DNA from: Octopus sinensis
Lineage: Eukaryota
NCBI RefSeq assembly: GCF_006345805.1
Contig: NC_043009.1
Span: 19,592,001 to 19,656,000 of the forward strand
Length of the DNA: 64,000 bases
Direction: 5' to 3'
Shown here: positions 50,247 through 64,000 of the stretch, piece after piece
Numbering within the stretch: the first letter of the stretch is position 1
How the letters are laid out: every line of letters begins with the position of its first letter
Notes under the pieces: model-generated
Database searches by the model: none
What the model saw: only the letters and a program-made list of their open reading frames with translations
What the model was told of the DNA's origin: nothing
Program-made: the position numbers and the translations under genes

Positions 50247-50352
<106 letters not shown>

Positions 50353-50850
50353 GATACCCGGAGCTCAGTAAGTGAACCAGACAGAACAACATCTGTCAGT
50401 CTAATTTCTTGTCTAAGGAAGGGGCAAATATTGGCCCCAGATTGTTAGGTCATACAGCCCCTATGAAGGGGAATCAGGAAAAGTTGACTATCATGCGTAA
50501 CTAAGGACATTAATAACGTAAACAAGGCAAAATGGAATTGTTCTTGCCGCAACGCGAAACCGTATGGAGGCTTCACAAAATGTACAAAATAATGATTTCT
50601 TAACTCGTTAAATATCAAAACATTTCTAGAGACGAAGCTTATTGGAATAAATGAACCCCAGCATATAACTGGTATTTATTTTGGAAACAAGCAGAAGAAA
50701 CTCGAAAGAAAATAATTGACTGCAGCGGGATTTGAACCCAGAAACTAAAAGGTGAATACGCGACTGTTTCTGGCAAAGCATTACCGTCAGAGGAACAAAT
50801 TAGAGAGAGAGAGAGAAAGAGAGGGAGGAGGGAAGGACGGAGAGTGAGAT

Positions 50851-50886
<36 letters not shown>

Positions 50887-50887
<1 letters not shown>

Positions 50888-51670
50888 CTAGCAGCATAGC
50901 CCGGCGTTGCCCGGGTATGTAAGAACCCCTAGTAGGCAACGACTAATCCCAATCTAGTCCTTTCTCTCTAGGGAACGAAGGCGCATGCGTAGGTTGGAAT
51001 GTCTTCTCTTCACTCCCAAATAACTATCAAGCAGCTATCGATAATTCAACCCAACCAATTCCTACCAGGAAGAAATTACATTCGAGACTTTACCCCCACT
51101 TCTGCTAATAGCTGCTGCAGCCGCAAGTTATTGAATACTTTTTTGTTTACACTTTCTTTATAACTACCACCCCAAACGTTTTACCTTAAATTTTTGACGT
51201 ACCCTAAGGGTCCTCGGACGCTACTTGCAAACTCTTGGTTTATTATAAACCGCTTTTGTCGTGTGCATCAAAAAACCTTTTCCATTCGTTTGTTCAGTTT
51301 GGTCACTTTTGACTTTTTCGTTGTTGTCACTCACATTGCTGCCCGCATTTTTTCCGTTTTTGTACATTTTTATACATTTTGGGATACTTACCCCACTTGT
51401 TCCGAGAGTTAAAAAGGCCGAGTTGCGTCCCCTAGACAGTCTGTAGAAAATGTGTTGCATATAAAAAGCTTAGATTCTCGACCCATGTTGAATTTATCGA
51501 TATTTTTTCAGAACTGGGGGAACTTTTCAAAATTTTCGCTGCGTTAGTTTTGAATTATGACATTGGGCTATGTGTGTGTCAAGTTTCATCAGAATCGGTT
51601 GAAAGCCGTGGTCAGGGTGAGGGTACAACCTGACAGACACACAGACAGACAAACTGCCGTTTATATATAG
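50887..51670 (+). mobile_element. Non-autonomous Helitron/Helentron-like element
   Basis: Begins actagcagcatagcccggcgttgcccggg (subterminal hairpin) and ends with caagtttcatcagaatcggttg..(gaca)n..tttatatatagagagat, as in HINE/DINE-like elements. Confidence 0.6.
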
Positions 51671-51903
51671 AGAGATATATATAAATATATACACATTCAC
51701 ACGCACTATAAACACATACATATATGTATATATATATATACATACATACAAACACACACATATATGTGTGTGTGTGTGCTTCTGTGTCAGTAAAAGTACG
51801 TGTATAAGTCTGTGTGCCTATGTGTTTGTATGGGTCTATATGCATGTGTGTGTGAATGCGTTTATGCGTGTGCATGTATGTGTGTGTGTGTGTGTGTGTG
51901 TTG

Positions 51904-51935
<32 letters not shown>

Positions 51936-52160
51936 AATGGATCTATGCGTGTTACTAGGTGAACCGCTTAAATAAACACCATCCAATGTTATTTAGAACA
52001 TTAGGATTTGAAACTACATTAATGGGGTTAGTGGATAAGAAGTTACTAGCGTTGGGTATTAGAAATTAAGGCCATTGGTTCGATTCCGGCTTTGTGCGGC
52101 GAACACTTATAATAATACATACAATTACGATGAATGATCAACCGATGGGAACTTAGCACA

Positions 52161-52191
<31 letters not shown>

Positions 52192-52210
52192 CAACACACA
52201 TATATATATA

Positions 52211-53207
52211 CAGGGTGTCCCGAAATTAGGGCAACCGAAGTTTTGGGCTTAAATAGCAATCAATAAAAGTGATAAGATATGAAAATTATACATCATTATA
52301 AAAGCTTAATTTTTGTCTTCTTTTTGTTTCAGACTAATAAATTAGATAATGGCTGTAGACTGAAATACAATCATAACCCTCCACAAAGGAGGCGAAAGTA
52401 ATACAGCTTAAAATAATTAAGCTTAAAATCAACCAAACACCAGCACTTTCAAGAAACTGGTTGCCTGGACGTGGCCGCAAAAGAAGTGTGCAGACCCCTC
52501 AGCTTATCAAAAATACCAGAGAAAAGATACGACGAAATCCTCGTCGTTCTGTCAGAAAACTGGCTGCCACAGCAAAAAATAAGCCGATGTATCGAGTGCT
52601 GAGGGATGGTCTCAGATCACACCCCTACAAGATGATCCGCCGCCATGAGCTCACGCAAATTTATAAAGCCATGAGGCTGATTAGAATCGTCTTGCCCCGA
52701 GTCAGATTGCTGAAGGCACGCTGTCGAACCTGGATGAAAAGAAATTTGGCATCGAACAGACAGTAAACCACAAGAATGACCGACTTTGGAGTGAATCTAG
52801 CTCAATCGAGGGTAGACTCGTAAATCGAGCGTCAAAATTCAGAGTCAATTCTGGCTTGGGCGGCTGTGACAGCCACTGGAAAGTGACCCCTCGTTTTTGT
52901 GCCCTCGGGTGTTGAAATTAACACCCGGCGATACATTAGCGACATTCTTGAAGCTGAACGGCTTCTATGGGCGAATGAGAACTTTCAAGACGCACCTTGG
53001 AGCATCCAACAGAACTCGACAACATCCCACAGCTCCAAACAGACAACACTGGTTTCAGAAAAGCATTAAGTTGTTCATAGGCAAGGATGCATAGCCCCCA
53101 AGAAACCGCGATCTCAATCCATTGGATTTTTCTGTTTGGTCCATTTTGGAGACGAGGATCTTAAGCATTCCTCATGCTTCACTCGACTCTCTGAAGGCAA
53201 AACTGCG
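52211..53207 (+). mobile_element. maT (DD37D) Tc1/mariner remnant, right TIR missing
   Basis: TA|CAGGGTGTCCC terminus. GRGRKRSV, NPRRSVRKLA, DEKKF, WAAVT, QQ(N)S..SH and DLNPLDFSVWSILE motifs; reconstructed spacing between the 2nd and 3rd catalytic positions is about 37. Confidence 0.8.
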
Positions 53208-53218
53208 CCACACACACA

Positions 53219-53455
<237 letters not shown>

Positions 53456-53457
53456 CA

Positions 53458-54186
<729 letters not shown>

Positions 54187-54293
54187 AGGCACCCAACTTT
54201 CGTTTGAGTGCTTTTCCAAGGGAGGAATTCGCCCCTAGGGGCAGTTTCAACCCCATTTCATTTCTGTAATTTTCTTCTCGACATTAGAAAATG

Positions 54294-56182
54294 TCGAGAA
54301 ATTTTATTGTAGAACGCTGGTCGCGTTCCTTTATGGACCAGCATTTTCCTAGTTTGGAAACGCTAGGAGAAGAAAAAAAGAACTCATGCACGCAAAGTGC
54401 AAACATGAATATCGGTGGAATGAACGCTGCAACCACGTGCGGTAACAGCCCTGTCACCACCGCCACCACCACCACTAGCAACAGCAACCACGAGACTACT
54501 ACTGCCAACACCACCACCTCCACCACCACCACCACCACCACCACCACCACCACCACGTCCAACATAAATGATAAAAATGAAACTCACGCGAATACTATTA
54601 AGAAAAACAACAACAACAAGAACAACAATAAAAATGAACTATCTAATAGTGAAGATGTTAATACAAAAAAATCAACAACACCAGTAAATTTCGCTGACAC
54701 TCTGCGCCAGAAGAAAGAGATTGTAACATTTACAAATGAAGAGCTCATAGAAACGAGAGCTCTCTTCACAACCCGTGGGTAAGATTTAGTGCTACATACA
54801 CCTCAACACATAAAGCAAGAAATAGAAAATAAGACAATTATATATAAAATTATAAGGAAAAACAAAAAACTAAATGAACAGATTACAAAAACAGATGTAG
54901 AAAAATGCTTAAAAAACATAATGAAAGAAAAAGAATATATAAACTGGGGTCCCCAGTTTAACACAGTAGTGGTCCGCTTCCCTAACCAGGAAGTGGCAAA
55001 AGCTCACTCTACTGAGTCTCTGGGAAATGATGAAATCATCATGGTCCCATACTATAAAAACCAGAGAGTGAGTCGAATCACTATTAAAAATGTACCTCCC
55101 GAGATTCCTAACAAATGGATAACAGGGGCAATCTGTTACCATTTAAAAAATATCAACATTTTGGAAACCGCCGTGTACCTTGGCGACATTTGGGGTGGGA
55201 AGACAATAGTGGTGACCATACAGATTGAGGGGGCCTCTATCGAGAGCCTACCGGATAAGATCCACTTGGAAAATGGGCAATGCCTATATGTTGTAGCAGA
55301 AGGCAAAAAGCCTAGATGCTACAACTGTGGCAGCCCCGAACATTTAATTGCCAAGTGCGCTCTGGTATAGAAAAAAAACAAGAAAGAACAAATCAGAAAA
55401 CAAATTAAAAACCCTTGTTGCCAACACCAACACCAACACACTCAATTATGGAACAATGCCAAGAAAAACAACAAACCAGCAAACCCCCAACAACATCACC
55501 AAGAAAAGAAACAGTACCAACACAATCACCGTTGACGTCACAACCAATTCAACATGTCGAATCAACAAAAAATAGACCAACACCCACACCGAGGACGACA
55601 ATTAAAAAGACAGAAAACAGTGACGAGAAGACAAATTCTACCCCTAACACCACAACAACACAAACACCGCACAAAACATCAACAATTTCTACAAGCATAC
55701 ATAGTAATGCAAATGCTTTGCCTCTACCCCATACTGATACGTCGGACGACAAAAGTTCGACGGAATGGCAAATAGCCACAGGGGGTAAAAGGAAAAGATC
55801 CAGAAAATCCACCAAACAAGGAAGTAAAGCAAGGAGATACCTAACTTCGGACAACATCCCCCTAGACAATAAAAAAAGCAATGAACCCGTAAAACCACAC
55901 ACACAACTAACTGCAATAGACACAGACAATAAAGAATTAATGGACTACATCACATCCAACACGGACATATGTGAAGATGACTTTAAGACAAACAATCATC
56001 CGCACACCACACCACCGAAACACATAAGAATTTTACACATAACACAAGCACAACACCACATACTGAAAACAATATTTCCGAATGCGGTAGGCGGGTTTCA
56101 ACGATACCTGTCGAAAAAACTATACAAACACCTCATCAAAAACAATACAAAAGAAGAAGAAAAAATGAAACTTTTAAAATGA
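54294..56182 (+). pseudogene. LINE ORF1 (Thr-rich low-complexity regions and a CCHC zinc knuckle), disrupted
   Basis: Same-frame segments 54291-54782 and 54789-55370 are separated by one TAA. Contains CYNCGSPEHLIAKC. A frame change near the A-run at ~55371 continues to 56182. Confidence 0.75.
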
Positions 56183-56247
56183 ATAAGTGACCTCCCCTCT
56201 TGCCTCTTGTCTCTTCTAATGTAGTGTGTAAAACACAATTTTCGTAA

Positions 56248-59200
56248 ATGTCAAGTATGCTTAAATTAGGTTGTGTGAATGCGCGTGGCTTGGCGTCGGC
56301 TTGGAAGAAAGGTTACCTTCTAAACGACATCAAGTCACTGAACGTGGATATAGTAGCTATCAGTGAAACCAGACTCAGTAAGCCGCGGGCCCTCGAGTCC
56401 ATGTTTGGCAATCAATTTGACATTTATTTTTCTCCCTGTCTGCCGAACATGGGTGGTGGAGGTACCGCGGTGCTTTTTCGAAAGAGTCTAAATGTAAAAG
56501 TAAGAGCAATATTCCTAGACCCGGAGGGTAGGCTGGTTGTCTTGGACGTGGATGGCAGAAATGGGTGTGCATTCCGTCTGATGGCAGTTTATGCACCGTC
56601 CTTAACGGGTCGGGCGGATTTCTTCAGACGTCTAGAGGTTTTCCTGGGTACGTCTAGACCTTTACTGTTAGTAGGGGATTGGAACGCTACCTTGGACACG
56701 CATCTAGATTATGTGGGAAGGGATAGGAATAGAAGGGGGTGTAAGAGCCTCAAAGACCTGCTCAGACGTTTCCATTTGTCTGACAGGTTCCGACTCGACC
56801 ATCCGAACGTGCCAACGTGGACTTGGACAAACCGCGTTGGATCGTCGAGATCTTATCTAGATAGAATTCTATGCAGGACAGCGGATAGGGATAGTGTAGG
56901 ATGTCCACAATTTAAAATAGTCAGCTACACAGATCACAAATTTGTTACGTGTACGCTCGACTTAGATAAAACACATAGGCAGGGTCCCGGTTATTGGAAA
57001 CTGAACACGTCGCTGTTAGCGCGACAGGTTTACAGGAACCGGATTAGCGAGTTAATTAAGAGGGCGCTGACGGGAGCCGTCGTTAACAACCGCTGGTGGT
57101 ACGCCCTGAAAATGGCAATAAAATCGGAATCAATTAGGTTTAGCAAGGAATTAGCGATAGAACGAAATAGAGTAGAGGGAGACTTGGTTAAGAAACTAGA
57201 AGAGGCACTTACCACTGGCAGCGCAACCAACGTGCTGGCTGCGAGGATGGCCCTCGACCAACACCTCAACGCCAAGCACGAAGGTTGCGTCGTCAGAGCT
57301 AAAATGCGTGCCTTAAGGAACGAAGGGATCGAAGCTGCGCGAGAGGCCCGGGTAGCGGAGGCGCAGCGTGGCAACAGAGCCACCATTCGGTCTCTAATAG
57401 ATCAACAGGGATGCAGTTTACTCGAACCCGAAAGGATGTGTGAGGCCTTTCAACAGCACTTTGCTCGACTGTTTGGTGCGAGTGGTGTGTCGGAACGCGG
57501 GATGGATTTCAGTGCCTACCTGACCGACCTGCCGCGGCTCACGGCAAGAGAAGCGGAGTGTTGTGAAAGTCCCATCACAGCCGCTGACGTGTGGGACACG
57601 ATGGCGGGCTGCGCGAGGGATAAGTCGCCTGGATTGGATGGTTTACCCTACGAGCTGTATTGTCAAATGCCAGACTTTTTTGGCGACCTCTTGGCATCAG
57701 TCTACTGTAACTGGCAACAAAACGGGAGAATCCCCGGTTTCGTGAGCCGAGGTGCAGTGACGTTGCTGAAGAAAGACCCAAACAAGGGGAATTTTACAGA
57801 TAATTTCAGGCCCTTCACTCTGCTCAACGCAGATTTGAAAATTTTGGCCAAAGTAATAGCCGAGAGGTTGGTGCTTGTCATTGGTAAACTGGTCGACAGG
57901 GCGCAAACATGCGCCGTGCCGGGCGGAACCATACATGACAACCTCCATCTGATGCGCTACATTGTGGACAGGGTAGTTAAGGATCCTGGCATGGGTAGGG
58001 CGCTGATAAATTTGGATCAGTCTAAAGCCTTCGATAGGGTCGACCATCGGTACTTGGGGGCCGTCCTCAGGGCGGCTGGCTTCGGTCCCGTCTTCCGCGG
58101 TTGGATCGCTGCCTTGTATAGCGGCATCCGATCGGTGATTCGGGTGAACGGTCACCTGTCGAAACCTTTTGACATCACGCGTTCGGTCCGTCAGGGGTGT
58201 CCCCTGTCGGCGCTTCTGTATGTATTGACTCTCGAGCCGCTACTGCGGAAGCTGGCGACACTGAGGGGCATCCCACGGGAACTGGGTTGCGGGACGAGTG
58301 TGTCGGCATATGCGGACGATGTCACCGCCATAGTGTCGAGCGACAAACACATCAAGATGATAGGCGAGACACTAAGAAAATACGAAACGGTGACGGGAGC
58401 AAAGATTAACCCGGAAAAGTCAGTGGGTTTGCTACTCGGCACCTGGAGAAGCAAACCCATGCCGTCCGACTGCGGCTCAGTAGTGGGACGCTGGACGGAC
58501 GGACCGGTTAAATTGCTTGGGGTCTGGTTCAGTCCGGACCTCCAAATGGATAAGAACTGGGACGAGATCACGAGTAGAGTGGTCGCTCTCAGCCAAACAT
58601 GGGCCGAGAGAAAGCTGTCTCTAAAAGGCCGGGCGGAGGTGGCGAACGCATACATCGCATCCGTCATCGATTACCGCCTGACCGTCGTACCTTGTCCCGA
58701 CGCCACCATCACCAAACTGGAACGCATACTCTTCCGCTTCCTGTGGAAGGGTGGCGTTCCGATGGTGAGGAAGTCCATTTGCTGTCAACATCCGTTGAAT
58801 GGAGGACTGGGCATGCCGTGGTTGATGATGCGCAGGCATGCGCTGAGACTGCGACATCTCTGGAACTTCATCGACGACGGTGAACAGGTGTAGGCGCCGT
58901 TTGTGAGGCGCAACTTCCCGCAGCTCGTCTCACTGACCGAACTGCAAACGTGGATCAAAAAGAGACTGAAACTGGGCGATTGGCACCGAGAGTGTCGCCA
59001 AGCTCTACAGCAGCTCTGCCGACCGGGGTCAAACTTGTGCAACTTACAAACGACTAAAGCGTTCTATAGAGGACTAGTGGAGGGGAGGTCCGACGACACA
59101 CTCGGGGCAAACCTGGGCGTCGACGAGAAATTCCTAACCCGCCTGTTCAGGACGACGTTCGGGCCGGGGCCTATGGATAACTTCCAGAAATCCCTGGCTT

Positions 59201-59692
59201 GGCAGTGCTATCGAGACGCACTACCTGTTCGAGAGAAGAGCTACAGACACGAAAACCATCACCGGACCGACCTGCCCGAGATGCGGTCAGAGCGATGAAA
59301 CCGTTCTGCACGCACTCGTGCAGTGTCCAGATATTTCAGAGCTGTGGTCCTTCGTCGAACAGCTGTTGTCACGTGTAGGTCGGGATCGCCTATCGGCCGA
59401 GTCTGTCGTGAATATTGTTCCACCACCTTCCTTTAAACGGGAAGGGAAAACGGTTTTCGTTACGCTGATGGCTATGGCGAAAGAATGTGTGTGGTGGACG
59501 CGTTTGAAAGGACTGCAAACAAACACCTTCCTCTCTGGTCAGTCTCTAGTCAACTTTTTCAAGTACCACTTGAAAAGGAGGATGAGAATAGAGAGGAAGG
59601 CTTTGTCGAACGAATGTTTTAATAAAAAGTGGGTAAAAGTGGCAAAAATGGTCAGTATGAAAGACGACACTATTTTAAGCATAAATCTGTAA
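56248..59692 (+). pseudogene. LINE ORF2 (APE endonuclease, reverse transcriptase, C-terminal CCHC) with one nonsense codon and one frameshift
   Basis: CVNARGL, AISET, VYAP, VGDWN, YLDRIL, YTDH; SPGLDGLPYE, LDQSKAFDRV, VRQGCPLS, YADD; CPRCGQSDETVLHALVQC. TAG at 58891-58893 and a frameshift near 59240-59280. Confidence 0.95.
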
Positions 59693-59977
59693 CCAAAAGA
59701 GACAACGAGAAGTAAGGCGACTTACTCATGTGTTCTTTTTCGAATTGTCTGAGGTGACCTTGGTCTTTTTTGTAGGTTTTTCTTTCCAAGGCTACACCTA
59801 AACTGTGAACCTTATATATATATATTGCTTTTTTATACACCACACAACCCACAGATCCCTATTGATCAAACGTTTTTTTTTTGTGCCCCACCCATCCCAC
59901 CTCGAAAAGAAAAAATTCTACATTGTATTTCGTCCATTTTTATTCTGTGTTTAGCCCTGTGTGGCTACAATAAAAAG

Positions 59978-60059
<82 letters not shown>

Positions 60060-60064
60060 GTTTG

Positions 60065-60135
<71 letters not shown>

Positions 60136-60966
60136 GTCTATCTATCTATATATTTATATGTGTATACATATATAGTCACTATGAGGATATTTAGACCTCT
60201 TGTAGGAATATTTTTATCCAAGAAACGCCAGTATTTCCTCTGCCAGCAGTCCGTCGCAAGATTATTCATATTTGCCAGTTGAAGGGGCGGGGAGTGAAGT
60301 ATGTTGCTCAAGAACACAATATATCGCCCTGTGTGGGGACCGAAACCACGATCTTGCAGAATATCGAACTGGCGTCACGGAATTCTAATTTTCTGTGGAT
60401 CTCGATAACTGGAGCCCAGCACAGAAGACCAGACGCAACGGTGAAGGTATTACATAAAAAACAGCCTTAGTTTCGTAAAAATTTATATTTTTTCTAGTTT
60501 CTTTCTATTACGTAAATGAAAACAGAAATTTACCGGTCAGCTTGTTAAAAAGTATATTTGTTAAAGAAATTTACATAAAGTAACAAATATAACATCATAT
60601 AAATAATAAACTAAAATTAAAATTTATTTATTAAAACAGTTTAATTTTCAAATTTAACAAGAAAACAATAAATAACTAAAAACGAAAAGTAGATAAAAAT
60701 ATTGACGTGTTGAAATTTTAGATTCTCTGCAACTGCTTCTAAGAAAGATTCCCTTCACAATAGTAATTATCTGGCACAATTTAATGGAATGGTTGATATT
60801 TCTGTAATTCTTTTGACTGTTGGTTCCTTCTCCTTGGATAAATTTTCTCAATTTGATTGTAATCAACATATTCTTTCAAACGGAATTAAGAATATTTATT
60901 GATGTACATCAAATAACCTGGTAGCATTCTGATTTGACTGTTAGTGATGAAGTAACTTGACGGTTT

Positions 60967-61018
<52 letters not shown>

Positions 61019-61455
61019 AAATGTAAAATCCAAGGATTTAAGTGTAGGAAGTTTGTAAACTTCGAACAGTTCGTGGTATGTATAAAAAACGTTTCGGAAC
61101 AATAATAGTTTATTGGCGTCGAAGGTTGTAGGCTTTTCTCATATCGAAGTTCGTTAAGCTGAAATAAATTTCTCTATAGCTTACAGTTAGCAACTCGAGA
61201 TGCTATAAATGAAAAAAAAAAAATTCAAATTGAGGGAGCGGAAGAGGTAAAATCCAGGCTGCATGTGTTTCCGAGCCAGAAGATCCTCTGATGAGGAGCA
61301 CTCAGCGAGCTACACACCAGGCCGAATATACCTCAGTTATATGAAGGTTACATTGTCGTGTGGGAATCCCATGTTAACACACCAAATATTTCAGGCCTTG
61401 TGCCTAGAATGGAAAGGATCATTCATCACTATTACGGTGCTGAGTACTCTTTTCC

Positions 61456-61532
<77 letters not shown>

Positions 61533-61871
61533 AGATTTCTGTGTGTGTGTGCGTATGGCTGAATGGTTAGAGTATCAAGCAAAATGATATTTCCGTCCTT
61601 TACATTCAAACCCTTCCCAGAGGTCCCTATAATCGGCTAAGATCCCTCCTTTCAAAATTGCTGGCCTTGTGCCGAAATAAAGTATCCCTTAAATACAGAA
61701 GTCGATATAACCGTCGAGGCCCCTCCCCTCAAAATCTGCGCCGAAATCTAAAATTATTGTTTCGAACTTAATGAGGAAAGGGGAGGCAATCGCGTAAAAT
61801 ATTTTATAGCTATCGCTTAGGTCCATTTCTCTTTGTAGATGCAATCGTATGAATATGAAGTATTTATACAT

Positions 61872-62230
61872 AGACTAGCAGAATTGCTCGGCGATGCTCG
61901 GGGCTGAATTGCTTGAAAGTACTGTTAATGATTGCACTGAATTATGATGATTATTCAGGCAAATATTGATATAAGTTTACGGCGAATGAAGGTATTTGTA
62001 AGTGTATAGAAAGCCGTGTAAAGGGGTTCCTACCCCCTCGTAGAATGGTGTAAGAATTGAATGCAAAGTTGCCTTGAAAAGAGCCATGTTATTGTTCTCA
62101 TAATTGTAAGAATTTGATAGTCGTGGAAGGCGGTGTAAAACGTTCGCAGGTGAATAGGGTCTCTTCGTTTTCCACGAACGGCAGCGGATGTGCTGTTACA
62201 AAACTTCATGCTGTTAAAAGAGAATGGATG
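61872..62230. mobile_element. Helitron/Helentron-like terminus and decayed internal fragment
   Basis: actagcagaattgctcggcgatgctcggg resembles the 50887 terminus; the adjacent sequence has only weak coding-like traces. Confidence 0.35.
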
Positions 62231-64000
62231 ACCTATGTAGGCAAGATGGGAATGAAGCATGGGTAAGTAAATATGGGTAATTTATAAAATATAGAACATG
62301 CATGTATATATATGTATGTATGCCTGTATATATGTACAAAATCCACTGAGAAGGCTTTTGTTGGTCTGAAGCTACAGCAGAAGACACATGCCAAGTCACC
62401 ACACAGTGGGACTGAACCCAGGACCATGTGTTTGGGACGTAGTTTGTTACCACATAGCCACACCTGCCCCTATGTATGTGTGTGTATGTGCGTATGTGTG
62501 TATGGGTAGATATATTATCCATGTATATTTGTGTATATATATATATATGTACATATTACATGTACATCTATATATATACATCTACACATAAAATACAAAC
62601 TACAAAGTTATATCTTGATATCGCTAGTGATAACAATACTCAAAATATATAACAGACTGGAATTGCAGGCCCGTCTCTTGCAATTTCGATCAATTGGATC
62701 TTGTCCTCCTTCTTGTATTGAAGTGTATGGCTGCAGCGAAATTCATTTTTGGACTTTCTTCTATCGAAGGCATTTTAACAAAAACGCTTCCGTAAAGACG
62801 GTGAAAATATTGTCAATTTCCCCAAACAGGGACACAATTAAATTTTTAAACAATAACCAAAGCCCCTTCTCCGAAAGGGGGAGGGTTACGGTTTACAATT
62901 ATTTAACAAATGCCACACAACAACGTTTCCCTGACGAGGAACCAACAAACGTGATTACAATAGTCAAACAGTAATAATAATAACAACAAACCTTTTTAAT
63001 TTATCCCCATTTATGTGAAACCACTTATTCAAGTTCAAGTCATTGATGCAATTTTATACGAATTGCTAATACACACACACACATAAGGGTGAAAAATTGA
63101 ATATTAATTTGATTAATATGAATTGAAAACCAGTGATATAGCATATAAGACCATAGCGGATTTTCCTCTAGCAAAAAGGATGACCAGTATTAATGGCTCA
63201 TCCCTGTTATATAAATACTTTCACTTTAATTGTTGCATACTTGCAAAGAGAAAGTAGGAGAAAGTGTGGTGGTAATGGAAGGAGTGAAGCACTTGAAATG
63301 AGAGAGGGAAATCGTAAAATATTGAGTTTTCTCGAATTTTTGCTTAATTGGGGGTGAAATTGAAAAAACTTTACATGCCATGACCCAATGGAATCTACTT
63401 CGAAAAATCATAGGTAAATTTCAATTGAAGAAATTCTATATTGTACGATTGTATAAAAAACGAACGATTTGGGAGGCAGAGAAAATCTGCCTTTTATCAT
63501 GAGATATCATAAGAGATAAGAGATATATGGGTGTGTTTGTGTGTGTGTGTGTGTGTGTGTATGCGCGTGTTTGTGTGTTTATGTGTGTGTGGTGTGTGTG
63601 TGTGTTGTGTGTGTGTGTATGTGTTTGTGTGTATGCACACACAATTTTAATAGCCTCGCAAAGAAGTAAATTTGTGACAAATACAGAGAATATGACAAGG
63701 ATATTGGTTTCCAATGCTTCAGAATGTGTTTTATGCAAAGCCTTCCTCTTTACATGTTTGCAGTAAAACAGGAAACATCCAAACAAGTTTCAGTCTTCTC
63801 CGTTTTGGGATTTCATCGGCGACTGGCTTCCCTTATGAACTATTCACGACCATGCTAATATATTCCTCAATTTCTAAAGGATCCATGAGTAAATTACATA
63901 AACCAATCTAGAACAAATTAGTGATCCTGGTGGTCACTAATTTGATTACTGATGCATTAACAGTGTTTTGCTTCGATGCTATATTCTACTATACATTCAT

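Larger units (their letters stand above)
54187..59978 (+). mobile_element. Full-length Tx1/L1-clade LINE flanked by (TATC)n
   Basis: 5' UTR, ORF1, ORF2, and a 3' UTR with AATAAA at 59969-59974. Both junctions abut TATC repeats. Confidence 0.93.

Noticed and set aside
62650-62730. Possible minus-strand exon HTLQYKKEDKIQLIEIARDGPAIP
   Set aside because: Weak acceptor and donor, short, and no recognisable homology.

Overview
AT-rich eukaryotic DNA packed with microsatellites and transposons, with one 100-N gap at 35330-35429. The SINE families and microsatellite load resemble an octopus/coleoid genome; this is inferred from the repeats, not confirmed. Most ORFs in the supplied track are microsatellite artefacts. 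Real coding sequence is almost all from transposons: a near-intact Tx1/L1-clade LINE (54.2-60.0 kb), a near-full-length RTE LINE (21.4-25.3 kb), RTE and R4/Dong-type fragments, a complete IR/DR Tc1 element, a maT (DD37D) remnant, Merlin-type MITEs, Helentron-like elements and many tRNA-derived SINEs. Possible host genes are limited to a few minus-strand exon candidates (2942-3003, 11163-11250, 32019-32142, 42797-43000). The most striking signal is a set of about six distinct non-coding repeat families that each carry a type I hammerhead ribozyme or ribozyme-like core. Most have a self-complementary helix III. They occur as a permuted 1.2-mer, as foldback palindromes, or fused to a tRNA-type Pol III head, which suggests a Penelope/retrozyme-like system. 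A second notable signal is apparent (TATC)n targeting by the Tx1 family. All coordinates and counts were read by hand and may be off by a few bases.
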